Shown in pieces: positions 30,291-39,671 of a DNA stretch of 64,000 nucleotides. The translations under genes and the position numbers were made by a program. The DNA is from Oligoflexia bacterium (GTDB lineage Bacteria > Bdellovibrionota > UBA1018): NCBI GenBank assembly GCA_963758495.1, contig CAVWVI010000003.1:960001-1024000 (forward strand). Direction: 5' to 3'. Under the pieces are notes generated by a model. It saw only the letters and a list, made by a program, of their open reading frames with translations, did not search any database and was not told the DNA's origin. Numbering within the stretch: position 1 is the first letter of the stretch; each line of letters begins with the position of its first letter.

Positions 30291-31763
30291 ATGCTGACAA
30301 GAATGCTTCGTCCAACATTAATATCTATTCTTTGTATTTGCCTACTTTTTATTGGCTTTTATATGGATAAACTTCAGTTTAAATTTGTACTTTTTACGCT
30401 GTTTTTTGGAATTGGTTCTGTCTTTTTAGTCGCACCCATCAACTGGACTATTCATTTATTCGTAATCTACCTTGGAGTTGAAGGCTTCGCAAAACTCATG
30501 ACTAATTATAATCCCATTATTCATGTGGGTAGTGATATTCTCATTATATCTCTTTGGATACGAATACTCTTAACGGTACTCATCCAAAGGAAATCATTAC
30601 CTATACGCTATCCACCTTTAACCTCTTTATTTTTGATTCATGCTATTTGGTTTGTAATTACAATTACCAATCCATCCGCATTAAGCCTTCTTGCTTCGCT
30701 TGCAGGCGCAAAACTGTATTTGACAATTGTGAGCTTGTATTTCTTTGGATACTACCTCACGACAGATGTAAAAAAAATAAAATCCTTCATGATTCCATGG
30801 ATAGTAATCGCGGCATTACAAATAGGCCCATCGTTGTATCAATCTTATATAGGACCCTCTAGTGTCACATCATTGAGTCCTAATTACGTCCATGCATTAG
30901 AAAAATATAAAGGTTATGCATTTAGACCTTTCGGCCTAACGAGCCAACCCGGATTTCCAGGTATTTACATTTATATTTCTTTTTTATTCTTACTCCATTT
31001 TATATTTTACTCACGTTCACTTCTAATCTCTCTTGGGATGATTTTTCTATTACCAGGTGCTATAGTTACCCTCTTTGTATGCCAAGTTAGATCCGCACTT
31101 TTAAAAACTATTTTGGGTAGTATCGCTTTTCTTTTGCCTACAATAAAAAAAATTGCAAAATCTTCGTTAAAAACCAAGGCCCTCACTATTTCTATGGTTG
31201 CCGCGGCCACCATGAGTATTCTGATTGCGAGCCCAATCCTTATCAATAAAGTTTCAGAGGGGAATAAAGACAACCTACGAGCCGTAAATAGAACGTTGAC
31301 ACTCTTTGATTACAATAATGTTTCAAAGGCTCGATCAGGTGCCATGAACCGCTTTATTACCTACGCAGAAATGGTGCCCTTCGGTGCTGGGCTATCAAGA
31401 ATTGGGGCTGCAGCCGGAAAATTCCAAGAGTTGCTTCAAATGGATCGACTTTTTGGAGTGGACTTCTTTTCGGATAATCTCTGGATCGAATTACTCATTG
31501 ATCTTGGAATTCCTGGACTTATTATCATTAATCTTATTATTTTTATGATTCTAAAAATAGGAATCACTGGATTCTTTACAATAAAGGACCCTGAACTTAA
31601 AGCTCTCCAATGGACTGTACTCTGTTCACTTTGTACTATTCTTATCGGAGCCTATGGTGCAGAGCCGATATTATACAATCCTGAGGGACCTTTTTTTTGG
31701 TTTTTTTCAGGTATGCTAGTGCGAATTCCTAAGCTCGACCAAGAGAAAGAAGAACTCAGTTGA
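30291..31763 (+). CDS. Putative Wzy polymerase / O-antigen ligase-family membrane protein
   Basis: About 12 TMs, RPFG, PFGAGL and DNLWIELLIDLGIPG Wzy_C-like motifs. Confidence 0.7.
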   Translation: MLTRMLRPTLISILCICLLFIGFYMDKLQFKFVLFTLFFGIGSVFLVAPINWTIHLFVIYLGVEGFAKLMTNYNPIIHVGSDILIISLWIRILLTVLIQRKSLPIRYPPLTSLFLIHAIWFVITITNPSALSLLASLAGAKLYLTIVSLYFFGYYLTTDVKKIKSFMIPWIVIAALQIGPSLYQSYIGPSSVTSLSPNYVHALEKYKGYAFRPFGLTSQPGFPGIYIYISFLFLLHFIFYSRSLLISLGMIFLLPGAIVTLFVCQVRSALLKTILGSIAFLLPTIKKIAKSSLKTKALTISMVAAATMSILIASPILINKVSEGNKDNLRAVNRTLTLFDYNNVSKARSGAMNRFITYAEMVPFGAGLSRIGAAAGKFQELLQMDRLFGVDFFSDNLWIELLIDLGIPGLIIINLIIFMILKIGITGFFTIKDPELKALQWTVLCSLCTILIGAYGAEPILYNPEGPFFWFFSGMLVRIPKLDQEKEELS

Positions 31764-32923
31764 AGCCACATATCATCCTTTACATAGTTCCAACCTCTGG
31801 AACTGGAGGAGCCGAAACATTTATTCTTCATACTGCGGAATATCATAATTTAGGAGCCATAAAGCCTATTTATATTTTTTTTCATGATGGCCCTCTTTTA
31901 AACGCAGTTCGATTAAGAGGGCATCAAGTTTATCTTGCACCCAAACCGCCTCGGCTTCGAAACATGAGAGACTCACTGAAGACTATTCAATGGATTGCTT
32001 CGATCATTAAATTAACCCATTCGGATTTAGTTCATTCGACAATGGCATATGGTGCCCTTTACGGAGCAATCGCAGCGCAATTTTGTAACGTTCCACACAT
32101 TTGGTACCAACATGGACCGGTAACTGGATGGATTGATACTCTTGCTGAACTCTTGCCTTCAAAATTAATTTTAGTAAACTCTATTCATACATTAAATCGG
32201 CAAAAATCGCTTCACTCATCACTTAAAAAATTGATCAGTAAGCAAAAAACACTTGAAATTATTTACCCCGGAACAGATCTACAGCTACAATTAAGTGATC
32301 ACGATCAAATAGAAACCAGATTAAACCTCAGAAAACAATGGGGATTTAATCAGAATGATTTTATAATTGGGCTAATTTGTCGCCCCCAAAAACAAAAGGG
32401 AATCCATTTATTTATAGAAGCTTTTCAGAAGCTCGTCAATTCCTCTTCAAATAGCAATATTTATGGAATGATAGTGGGCGGCTCTTCTCACGAAGAGACT
32501 TTAACTCAATATGAGATCAAAATTCACACTCAAGCGATTCCCTTAAATGACCGGATTCGCTTCATTCCAGCCACTTCATATCCAATCTATTCAATATTGA
32601 CAATGGATCTTTTGGTCAGTTCATCCATATCGCCTGAAGGATTTGGCTTAACCCTAATTGAAGCTATGAGTATGAAAAAAGCCGTATTGGCACCTGCAGA
32701 AGGAGGTCCACTCGATATCATAACGGATGGAACCAACGGCTTGCTTTATACACCTAGAGATTCTAGCGAACTCTATAAATTAATGGAAAAATTATTTAAG
32801 GATTCTGAACTTCGTTACAATCTTGGACTTAATGCTTACAAAACAGTAATTTCGCGTTTCAATGTCCAACAGACAGTCTCTAAACTAGAAACTGTCTACC
32901 GTGGGATATTGGAAACGAGTTGA
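31760..32923 (+). CDS. Glycosyltransferase family 4
   Basis: GGAE, WYQHG, QKGIH, EGFGLTLIEAM. Confidence 0.9.
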   Translation: MKPHIILYIVPTSGTGGAETFILHTAEYHNLGAIKPIYIFFHDGPLLNAVRLRGHQVYLAPKPPRLRNMRDSLKTIQWIASIIKLTHSDLVHSTMAYGALYGAIAAQFCNVPHIWYQHGPVTGWIDTLAELLPSKLILVNSIHTLNRQKSLHSSLKKLISKQKTLEIIYPGTDLQLQLSDHDQIETRLNLRKQWGFNQNDFIIGLICRPQKQKGIHLFIEAFQKLVNSSSNSNIYGMIVGGSSHEETLTQYEIKIHTQAIPLNDRIRFIPATSYPIYSILTMDLLVSSSISPEGFGLTLIEAMSMKKAVLAPAEGGPLDIITDGTNGLLYTPRDSSELYKLMEKLFKDSELRYNLGLNAYKTVISRFNVQQTVSKLETVYRGILETS

Positions 32924-34066
32924 GTTACAATTTTGGACCATGAAAATCTACTCTCATAGCTTTTCTTCGCAGCTAATCCTAATCTCTCTAGTTCCAAGGG
33001 ATCAGACAATAAAGTTACTGCACACTCTTTGTAATCAGTGGATAGAATTTACCGGGAGTGCGACACAAAAGTCGTTCCAAGGAATGGAATTGCCACTTGC
33101 GCATCCCAAGTTCGTTAAGACAGTTTTCCCATGTGAGAATGAAGCCATAGCCGAGCCTCGCCGAGTAGAAATCCCGTCCATAAAGGGAGCAAGGACTAAA
33201 TCAGCCGCATTAAGCCAGTCCGAGACTTGAAGAGGCGGCAGATAATGAAAAACTTTAACTCCATTTAAAGCTTCAATTTCTTCTTTTGTTTTGAAATTTC
33301 CCGCTAACACTTCAAACTTTGTCCCAATGCAGATCAATTTCACTGCATTCGTCCCAAATCTCACCCTTGTTTGTAAAAATGCAGCTTTAATATGTTCGAT
33401 GAGATGAGTTGGATGAAGACCTCCAAAATATAATAAAATTTTCAGTTGAGGATCAATGCCCACCTTGAGTTTTGCTTGCCGCGTGCCTAACGCTGAAGCC
33501 AATGAAGATTCATTAGCTTCAATATTGGCACCCACTGGAAGCCAATGAATACTGCGTTTCCAAAAGAACATTTTAGAAATTCGCTTCCAAAATAATTCTG
33601 TACTCATAAAAAGAGCATGAGCGGTGCATGCTAAGACAGCGAATTGGATGACTTGAGGGACACCTAACAATAAACCTCTCAGTGACAAACCTACAGGATA
33701 ATTCATTTCATGGACTATAATGATAATAGGTTTTTTAAGTAAAACTTTTAGTTTTCTCACCCATAACGAAAACCTAAAATGATTTCCAAAAGTCTCAGGT
33801 GCAATACTTTGTGGCGTATATTGAATAATAAACGCATCCGGTGCCCATCGCACAATATCCTGCATAATATTTCTTAGAGCTTTAGATCTCCAAGGCTGAG
33901 CAAAAGAACGTAATTCGACCTTAGAAGTTTTTACGGGAAAGGCTTCAGCAGTCCATACTGCCACTACATGACCTTGATGGGAAAGCTCAGTCGCCACTTT
34001 AAAAGTGTGATCTCCCAACCCTGAACACTGAGGAGGATAATCACCTGCAAGAATACCGATTTTCAT
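32896..34066 (-). pseudogene. Glycosyltransferase family 4 with a one-base frameshift near 33037-33050 (real lesion or assembly error)
   Basis: ORF stops at 33035, but the shifted frame continues STDYKECAVTLLSDPLELERLGLAAKKSYESRFSWSKIVTQL to TAG at 32896; the 1171-bp span equals 390 codons plus 1 base. Confidence 0.8.
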
Positions 34067-34593
34067 GGATGCTGAATGAGAAGGTAGCTCACGGCTACAA
34101 TTGATAAAACGCTGGAGACCAAGCTAATTAAAGTCGAAGTATCAGAACTAATAATAGGTTTTTTAACAGGTATTACAACCACATCATTAGCTTCAAGGAT
34201 GGGACTCTCTTTTCCCGTATTTTTGATGAGGTCCTCAATATTGACAAGTATCAATTTTTCCTTCCCGTCTGTCCATCGTTTAATAAACGCATCATGTAAT
34301 TGCGCTAATTCTGTGGGTCCCCCCGCATAAGACAGTAAGGTAATGAGATCCGTCTGAGTCGGCACAAAGTGAATTCCTGATTTTCCAACTGCACCCCATA
34401 GATTAATTTTCATGAGAACCGCACCGGGGTAGTCTCCTGATACATATTCACTTCCAGAACTTCCTCGAGTAGCACCGAGTTCTTTTGATAAGGTTAAACC
34501 AGATGTAAGGTCTTGAGCAAATAAATCATAACCTATCAGTGAAAATACTACTTGAATGATTAAGACTTTTTTTACAAAATTTTTAAATTTCAT
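34063..34593 (-). CDS. SLBB-domain polysaccharide export protein (minimal Wza/OPX-like)
   Basis: Signal peptide, INLWGAVGKSGI, LLSYAGGP, LEANDVVVIP, C-terminal hydrophobic helix; directly downstream of wzc. Confidence 0.75.
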   Translation of the reverse strand: MKFKNFVKKVLIIQVVFSLIGYDLFAQDLTSGLTLSKELGATRGSSGSEYVSGDYPGAVLMKINLWGAVGKSGIHFVPTQTDLITLLSYAGGPTELAQLHDAFIKRWTDGKEKLILVNIEDLIKNTGKESPILEANDVVVIPVKKPIISSDTSTLISLVSSVLSIVAVSYLLIQHP

Positions 34594-34609
34594 ATTTTAA
34601 CTCATATTT

Positions 34610-36922
34610 TCAGCTTACTTTATTTTGCTCCTCATGACCGGTAATAACGTAAGGTAAATATTCATGGGCCATTACTGGAACTTTATTTAATATAGAATAT
34701 GCTCGTTTTCGACTAATTTGGAATATTTTTCTATGAGCCATAAGTAAAGCTGATTTCTTAGTCTCACGATAACTGACCACCGCTATGACGAGATCGCTTA
34801 TGGAAGCCATAATGGGAGCATCAGCGACATAAACTGCAGGTGGTGCATCTAAAATAATGTAATCATAAATACTACCAAAATGACTTAACAGTTGCTTAAA
34901 GTTATCACTCCCAATCAATTCCGTGGGATTTTGATGATCCACGCCTGCTGGCATAATATCTAGACCTTTAGTTTTGGTATGTATAATGAAATCTTCAATT
35001 TTTGCATTATCCGATGATAATATTGAAGTTAAACCTTCTCCAACCTTTAAATTAAAGTATTTGTGAACTGTCGGATTTCTCAAATCACAGTCCATAAGAA
35101 TAACCTTTTTATTTGCTCTTGCCATGGAAACAGCCAAATTAGACGCAATAAATGTTTTACCATTATGCCTATCAACGCCTGTTACTGTAATACTACGAAT
35201 AGGAATGCCCTGCGAATTCACTTGAACTCGAATTTGTTCTCTCACGTACTTAAAAGCCATCGATTCAACCGAATTTGGCCGAGTATCGCACACCAACAGA
35301 TCCGTATTCACTTCTCCAGATTTAAGTAACTTACCTAACTTTGAATCTACATAGGGAATATTACCCAAAATTGTCAAATCACATTCTTCAATGTTAGAAC
35401 CATGTTTGATTGTAGTGTTCACGAGTTCAAGCAGTGCAATCGCAATAGACCCCAAAAAGGTTCCCGTAAAAGCTGCGAAAATCATCCTTAAAAGTAAGTT
35501 AATTTTTTTCTCACGTGGAGCAGCTCTCGAAGACTCATCGACTCGAACCGGAGCTTTCACGGCAAGTCTTTGAATGTCTATTTCTTGTAACTTTTTCTTC
35601 AATGAGGAGTACAGTTCATACTCTAACTTCAAGGCTTCAGTTCGACTAAATATTTCTTGCTCAATTTTTGGTAAATGAGAAAGGGATTTTACTACAGTGT
35701 CCTTGGCATTTTGTAACGCAGCTAGTTGAGTCTGAATTATTTTATTTGAGTTATTAAGCTCACCAATCTTCCCTTGCGTTAGGGTAGTATTTATGGGTAG
35801 TTCTTCGTCAAGTGTATTATCAATAGCTCCTATTTGACTCCTCAAATTTTTCACGATTACGTTGATGGCCTCATTTATCTCTACAATTTTGCTGTCTTTC
35901 TCACTGAATCCCTGAGAACTGAGTAAATACTTCTGTCTTCTCAAATTATCTAATCGACGTGATAGAATTCGAGGATCTGAATCCGATAGAGCTGAATCCA
36001 CCTTACCATTCAATATTGCTTCACTATTCTTATATATTTGATTAGTATAATATTTTATTAAATTTTTATTCTGTTCCATCTTTAAATTAGCCGCACCAAT
36101 CTGGCTTTCAACTTCTTTTAGCTGTTCGGCAGATATTTTCTCACCACCTTCAAAAGTCATAAACCCATTAGACTTCTTAAATTTTACCATTTCCTGTTCA
36201 TCAAGACTCACTTTATTTTCTGTTTCCTTCATTCTTTCCTGAAGAAATTTTCTCATCTCATTAAGTTCATTTTGGTCTTGTGCAGTTGTGATTTTAGAAA
36301 ACGTATCTGCCATTACGTTAGCTAGAATAATAGACGTCGTTGGATCAAACGTTTTCACAGTAATTGTAATAATCTGTATTCCATCAGTATCAATAGTTGT
36401 CGAGTCTTCTAATATCGCGGCAAGCCAGGTGATGTGCTTACTGATTAGGTCAACATGCTGCTTTTCTTTCAATTCAGAGAAGCTTTGGCCTCCAAACCGT
36501 ACTCTCCAAAATTTTTTATGGAAAAGACTTAATTCGTCAGGCTGTGTCAAATTTAAAGATAAATAAAAGGGATGCTGAACTAACGCTTGAGCAGCAGCAC
36601 GATAGAAGGCGGTTGATTTCAAATGAGAAATATGCTTTTGAATCTCCTGAGTATTATCTTGTCCATAATTTGCAAAAGTAGATAAGTCGCCGATCCCTAC
36701 TTTTGACAAAGGATTCTCCCTCTGACCAATCACTTCGATCTTTGAAGTAGCAGTATATGCAGGAATATAGAGAAGATGACTAATAATACTTCCAATAACA
36801 GCCATAACTACGCAAATAATCAATAGTTTACGATGTGAATTAAGAATTTGGACAATTTCAAGGAGATGCATCCGCTCCCCTTGACTTGAAGAAATCCCAG
36901 AAGAATCCTTAGGCACGCTCAT
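34610..36922 (-). CDS. wzc: Wzc-type polysaccharide co-polymerase/BY-kinase
   Basis: Two TMs flanking a coiled coil, NGKT Walker A, DCDLRNP, IILDAPP; GGAGG SD. Confidence 0.9.
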   Translation of the reverse strand: MSVPKDSSGISSSQGERMHLLEIVQILNSHRKLLIICVVMAVIGSIISHLLYIPAYTATSKIEVIGQRENPLSKVGIGDLSTFANYGQDNTQEIQKHISHLKSTAFYRAAAQALVQHPFYLSLNLTQPDELSLFHKKFWRVRFGGQSFSELKEKQHVDLISKHITWLAAILEDSTTIDTDGIQIITITVKTFDPTTSIILANVMADTFSKITTAQDQNELNEMRKFLQERMKETENKVSLDEQEMVKFKKSNGFMTFEGGEKISAEQLKEVESQIGAANLKMEQNKNLIKYYTNQIYKNSEAILNGKVDSALSDSDPRILSRRLDNLRRQKYLLSSQGFSEKDSKIVEINEAINVIVKNLRSQIGAIDNTLDEELPINTTLTQGKIGELNNSNKIIQTQLAALQNAKDTVVKSLSHLPKIEQEIFSRTEALKLEYELYSSLKKKLQEIDIQRLAVKAPVRVDESSRAAPREKKINLLLRMIFAAFTGTFLGSIAIALLELVNTTIKHGSNIEECDLTILGNIPYVDSKLGKLLKSGEVNTDLLVCDTRPNSVESMAFKYVREQIRVQVNSQGIPIRSITVTGVDRHNGKTFIASNLAVSMARANKKVILMDCDLRNPTVHKYFNLKVGEGLTSILSSDNAKIEDFIIHTKTKGLDIMPAGVDHQNPTELIGSDNFKQLLSHFGSIYDYIILDAPPAVYVADAPIMASISDLVIAVVSYRETKKSALLMAHRKIFQISRKRAYSILNKVPVMAHEYLPYVITGHEEQNKVS

Positions 36923-36953
36923 TAAAATACTTCCTCCATTCCAAATGTCGGAG

Positions 36954-36971
36954 AAATATTATATAATATTT
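36954..36971. promoter_or_regulatory. Perfect 18-bp palindrome with TATAAT on both strands between divergent wzc and wecA-like genes
   Basis: AAATATTATATAATATTT read directly from the sequence; A/T-only, so could be chance. Confidence 0.4.
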
Positions 36972-36994
36972 AATTTTTATTATTTATTTTACTC

Positions 36995-38506
36995 ATGTCT
37001 TCTTCAGTCATGCCGAAAAGTGATTTAGACATGTATAAACTTCTGATTCAATTATGCATCAGCACCCTGCTCCTTGGAATTATAGTCCAGTTTTTTAACG
37101 TCAAAATAGCAAACCATTTTAAATGGTTGGATATTCCATCGGCAAGAAGAAGACACCCAAGCCCTACTCCCGTCACAGGTGGCGTAGGTGTGATTATTAC
37201 CTGGTTTTTAGGTTTGATTATCTTTTATTTCATTGAACCAAACTGGATTACCCAACATTTACCATCGATTTATATTTTTGCAGCGTGCACTGTTGCCCTT
37301 GTCATATTAGGACTTATTGACGACCTTAGAGGTCTATCTCCTTTTTGGAAACTCTTGATCCAAACATTGATTGCAAGTTCTGTAATTTTATTCGAGCCCC
37401 AAATACATGATCTCTGTATTCACTGGTCATCATTAATCGGTTTTTTGATCTGGCCGTTGGCGATCTTATGGATTGTCGGCATTACAAATTCAATTAACCT
37501 GATCGATGGTTTAGATGGGTTAGCAGGCGGCACTTCCTTTCTTGTTTTATCTTCAATTACATTTTTATGCCTCACGGTCCGAAATCAAAATACTGAAGTT
37601 ACATTGGTAATCGTAGTACCCTTAATAGCTTCAATCCTGTCGTTTTTACGAATCAATTGGAACAAAGCAAAAGTCTTTCTAGGCGATAATGGGAGTCTTC
37701 CTTTAGGGTTTTTAATTTCCATTACAAGTCTTTTATGCCACCCACCGTCAAAATCATGGATCATGATTGCCTCTATTATTTTAATGTTGGGATATCCAAT
37801 TTTAGACATGGGACTTGCCGTCCTACGTCGCTACCGAAAGCACCAGCCCCTATTTAAAGCCGATCGAAATCATTTACATTATCGTATTCAAAGACTTGGA
37901 TTAGATGTCAGACAAACCGCCATACTTCTTTTAAGCATTGGCTTACTCCTACAATTCACCTCCATTGGTATTAACTTTTTACCTCCAAGCTACGCTGCCC
38001 TTGGAATAGTAGCGACTCTTTGTAGCATTATGACGATGCTACATTTGATCTATTCGATTGAAGCTGATCGAGTAAATAAAATTTTTGACAGTCTACGGAA
38101 CAGAAAAGAAAAGCCATTAGGTATCTCATCAATCACCTATCCAGTCATTCATATTGAAATCGACACTTTACTAGAAGCAGGCTTGTTAGAAGAATTGAAA
38201 CGTTACCAAGGACTTATTGACTCTCTCTATGCTTTAATCGGATCGATCATTAGGAGGGAGGACCTTTTATTTTTTTCCGATCACGAGATTTCTATTGTTT
38301 TGATTTCCAGTCAAGACCAGGCGGACATTAACGCTGTCACCAATAGACTCAAAACTAAGATCAGTGGTTTTCTCGAACTCTACGAGCTACAATGTTCGCT
38401 GGCTTCCATACCTATTCGAACAGATAGGATTTCAACAGTACTTTCAGAGGGAATACTTAACTTTAAAGATGGAAAATCGACTTTTCATCTAAAGAAAGCT
38501 GGCTAA
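36995..38506 (+). CDS. wecA: WecA/TagO-like undecaprenyl-phosphate HexNAc-1-phosphate transferase with C-terminal degenerate GGDEF-like extension
   Basis: PVTGG, GLIDD, NSINLIDGLDGL, FLGDNGS, ADRNHLHY motifs; about 140 extra soluble residues after the last TM. Confidence 0.88.
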   Translation: MSSSVMPKSDLDMYKLLIQLCISTLLLGIIVQFFNVKIANHFKWLDIPSARRRHPSPTPVTGGVGVIITWFLGLIIFYFIEPNWITQHLPSIYIFAACTVALVILGLIDDLRGLSPFWKLLIQTLIASSVILFEPQIHDLCIHWSSLIGFLIWPLAILWIVGITNSINLIDGLDGLAGGTSFLVLSSITFLCLTVRNQNTEVTLVIVVPLIASILSFLRINWNKAKVFLGDNGSLPLGFLISITSLLCHPPSKSWIMIASIILMLGYPILDMGLAVLRRYRKHQPLFKADRNHLHYRIQRLGLDVRQTAILLLSIGLLLQFTSIGINFLPPSYAALGIVATLCSIMTMLHLIYSIEADRVNKIFDSLRNRKEKPLGISSITYPVIHIEIDTLLEAGLLEELKRYQGLIDSLYALIGSIIRREDLLFFSDHEISIVLISSQDQADINAVTNRLKTKISGFLELYELQCSLASIPIRTDRISTVLSEGILNFKDGKSTFHLKKAG

Positions 38507-38511
38507 TTAAA

Positions 38512-38539
38512 TTGACTTAATTAATTCAAATAATAGAAT
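38512..38539 (+). promoter_or_regulatory. Sigma70-type promoter TTGACT-N16-TAGAAT
   Basis: Near-consensus hexamers directly upstream of the receiver gene. Confidence 0.55.
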
Positions 38540-38542
38540 TAA

Positions 38543-38953
38543 ATGATGCGGATTTTAATTGTGGAAGATGACTTAGCCCTTCAAACTGAGCTTACAAAGT
38601 TACTCACTACCATTGATTCATCTATATCAGCTGAAAGCGCGGATAATGTCGATGAAACCATTAGCTTAATGGAAAGTCAGCAGTTAAATCCTCATTTTGG
38701 ATATGATCTTATTTTGGCAGATGTATCTGTCCAGGGTCAATCAAATGGCTTCGATTTGTGGAAGGTTTGCTCTAAGCTTTATCCAAAAACATATTTTGTA
38801 TTTATGTCAGGTATCTCTGCTGGAGAATTTCTTGAAAAAATAAAGAATGATCCAAGATGCCCTCCATTTTTAAACAAACCCTTTACTTTACGTGAGATTA
38901 AAAAACTGGTTAACGATGTCTTAGAACAGAAAATTGAATTTCTTAGAAACTAA
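38543..38953 (+). CDS. Stand-alone response regulator receiver (CheY-like)
   Basis: ILIVEDD, DLILAD phosphoacceptor, NGFDL, FMSG, KPF; no output domain. Confidence 0.88.
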   Translation: MMRILIVEDDLALQTELTKLLTTIDSSISAESADNVDETISLMESQQLNPHFGYDLILADVSVQGQSNGFDLWKVCSKLYPKTYFVFMSGISAGEFLEKIKNDPRCPPFLNKPFTLREIKKLVNDVLEQKIEFLRN

Positions 38954-39014
38954 AAAAGTAACCCTTATCTCTAAGCTACAATAAATAATATTCTTCTAAA
39001 AGTGGAGAAAAGAA

Positions 39015-39644
39015 ATGCCAACAAGTCAGCATTACCAAGTTTCTAAAATTCTCGATCTTTTAGTGCAACTTAATCCTCAATCCATATTAGATATAGGAAC
39101 TGGCTTTGGAAAATATGGCCTTCTCAGTCGTGAATATTTAGAACTTTGGAGCCCAGAAGAAAAATATGGAACTTTTCAACGGATAGTCGATGGGATAGAA
39201 ATTTTTGAAGGCTATCTCACACCAGTACATAAATATGTGTATAATAAGGTTTATATAGGAAATGCTAGCAATGTTGTGAAAACATTAACTACACGATATG
39301 AGCTTACGCTCTTGATTGATGTTCTAGAGCATTTCGAGAAAGACGCGGGTGCCTGCCTGATTCAAGACATTTTTAAAATCAGTAAAAATTTAATTATTTC
39401 AGTACCAAAAGATCTAGGTGATCAAGGAACGACTTTTGAAAATGAGTATGAAAAACACCTCACACAATGGACTGCTCCTGAGTTACTCCAAATGGCCCCA
39501 GGGAATGGATTTTCAATTTCGGATCGGATGAGCCATATTGTATTTTTAAGTATCGAATCAGATCTGGCCCGGTTAAAAAGAGTTTTTAATCCATCGATCT
39601 TGGTGAAAGCGAAACGCGCATTTTCAGAAATAGTAAGAAAATAA
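39015..39644 (+). CDS. Class I SAM-dependent methyltransferase
   Basis: ILDIGTGFGKYG, DGIE, DVLEHF. Confidence 0.85.
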   Translation: MPTSQHYQVSKILDLLVQLNPQSILDIGTGFGKYGLLSREYLELWSPEEKYGTFQRIVDGIEIFEGYLTPVHKYVYNKVYIGNASNVVKTLTTRYELTLLIDVLEHFEKDAGACLIQDIFKISKNLIISVPKDLGDQGTTFENEYEKHLTQWTAPELLQMAPGNGFSISDRMSHIVFLSIESDLARLKRVFNPSILVKAKRAFSEIVRK

Positions 39645-39671
39645 ACTTTTGTGCTTGCACGTCTGAGCGAG

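Noticed and set aside
32901..33230. 109-aa plus-strand ORF between convergent GT4 genes
   Set aside because: Antisense to the frameshifted GT4 and its recovered C-terminus
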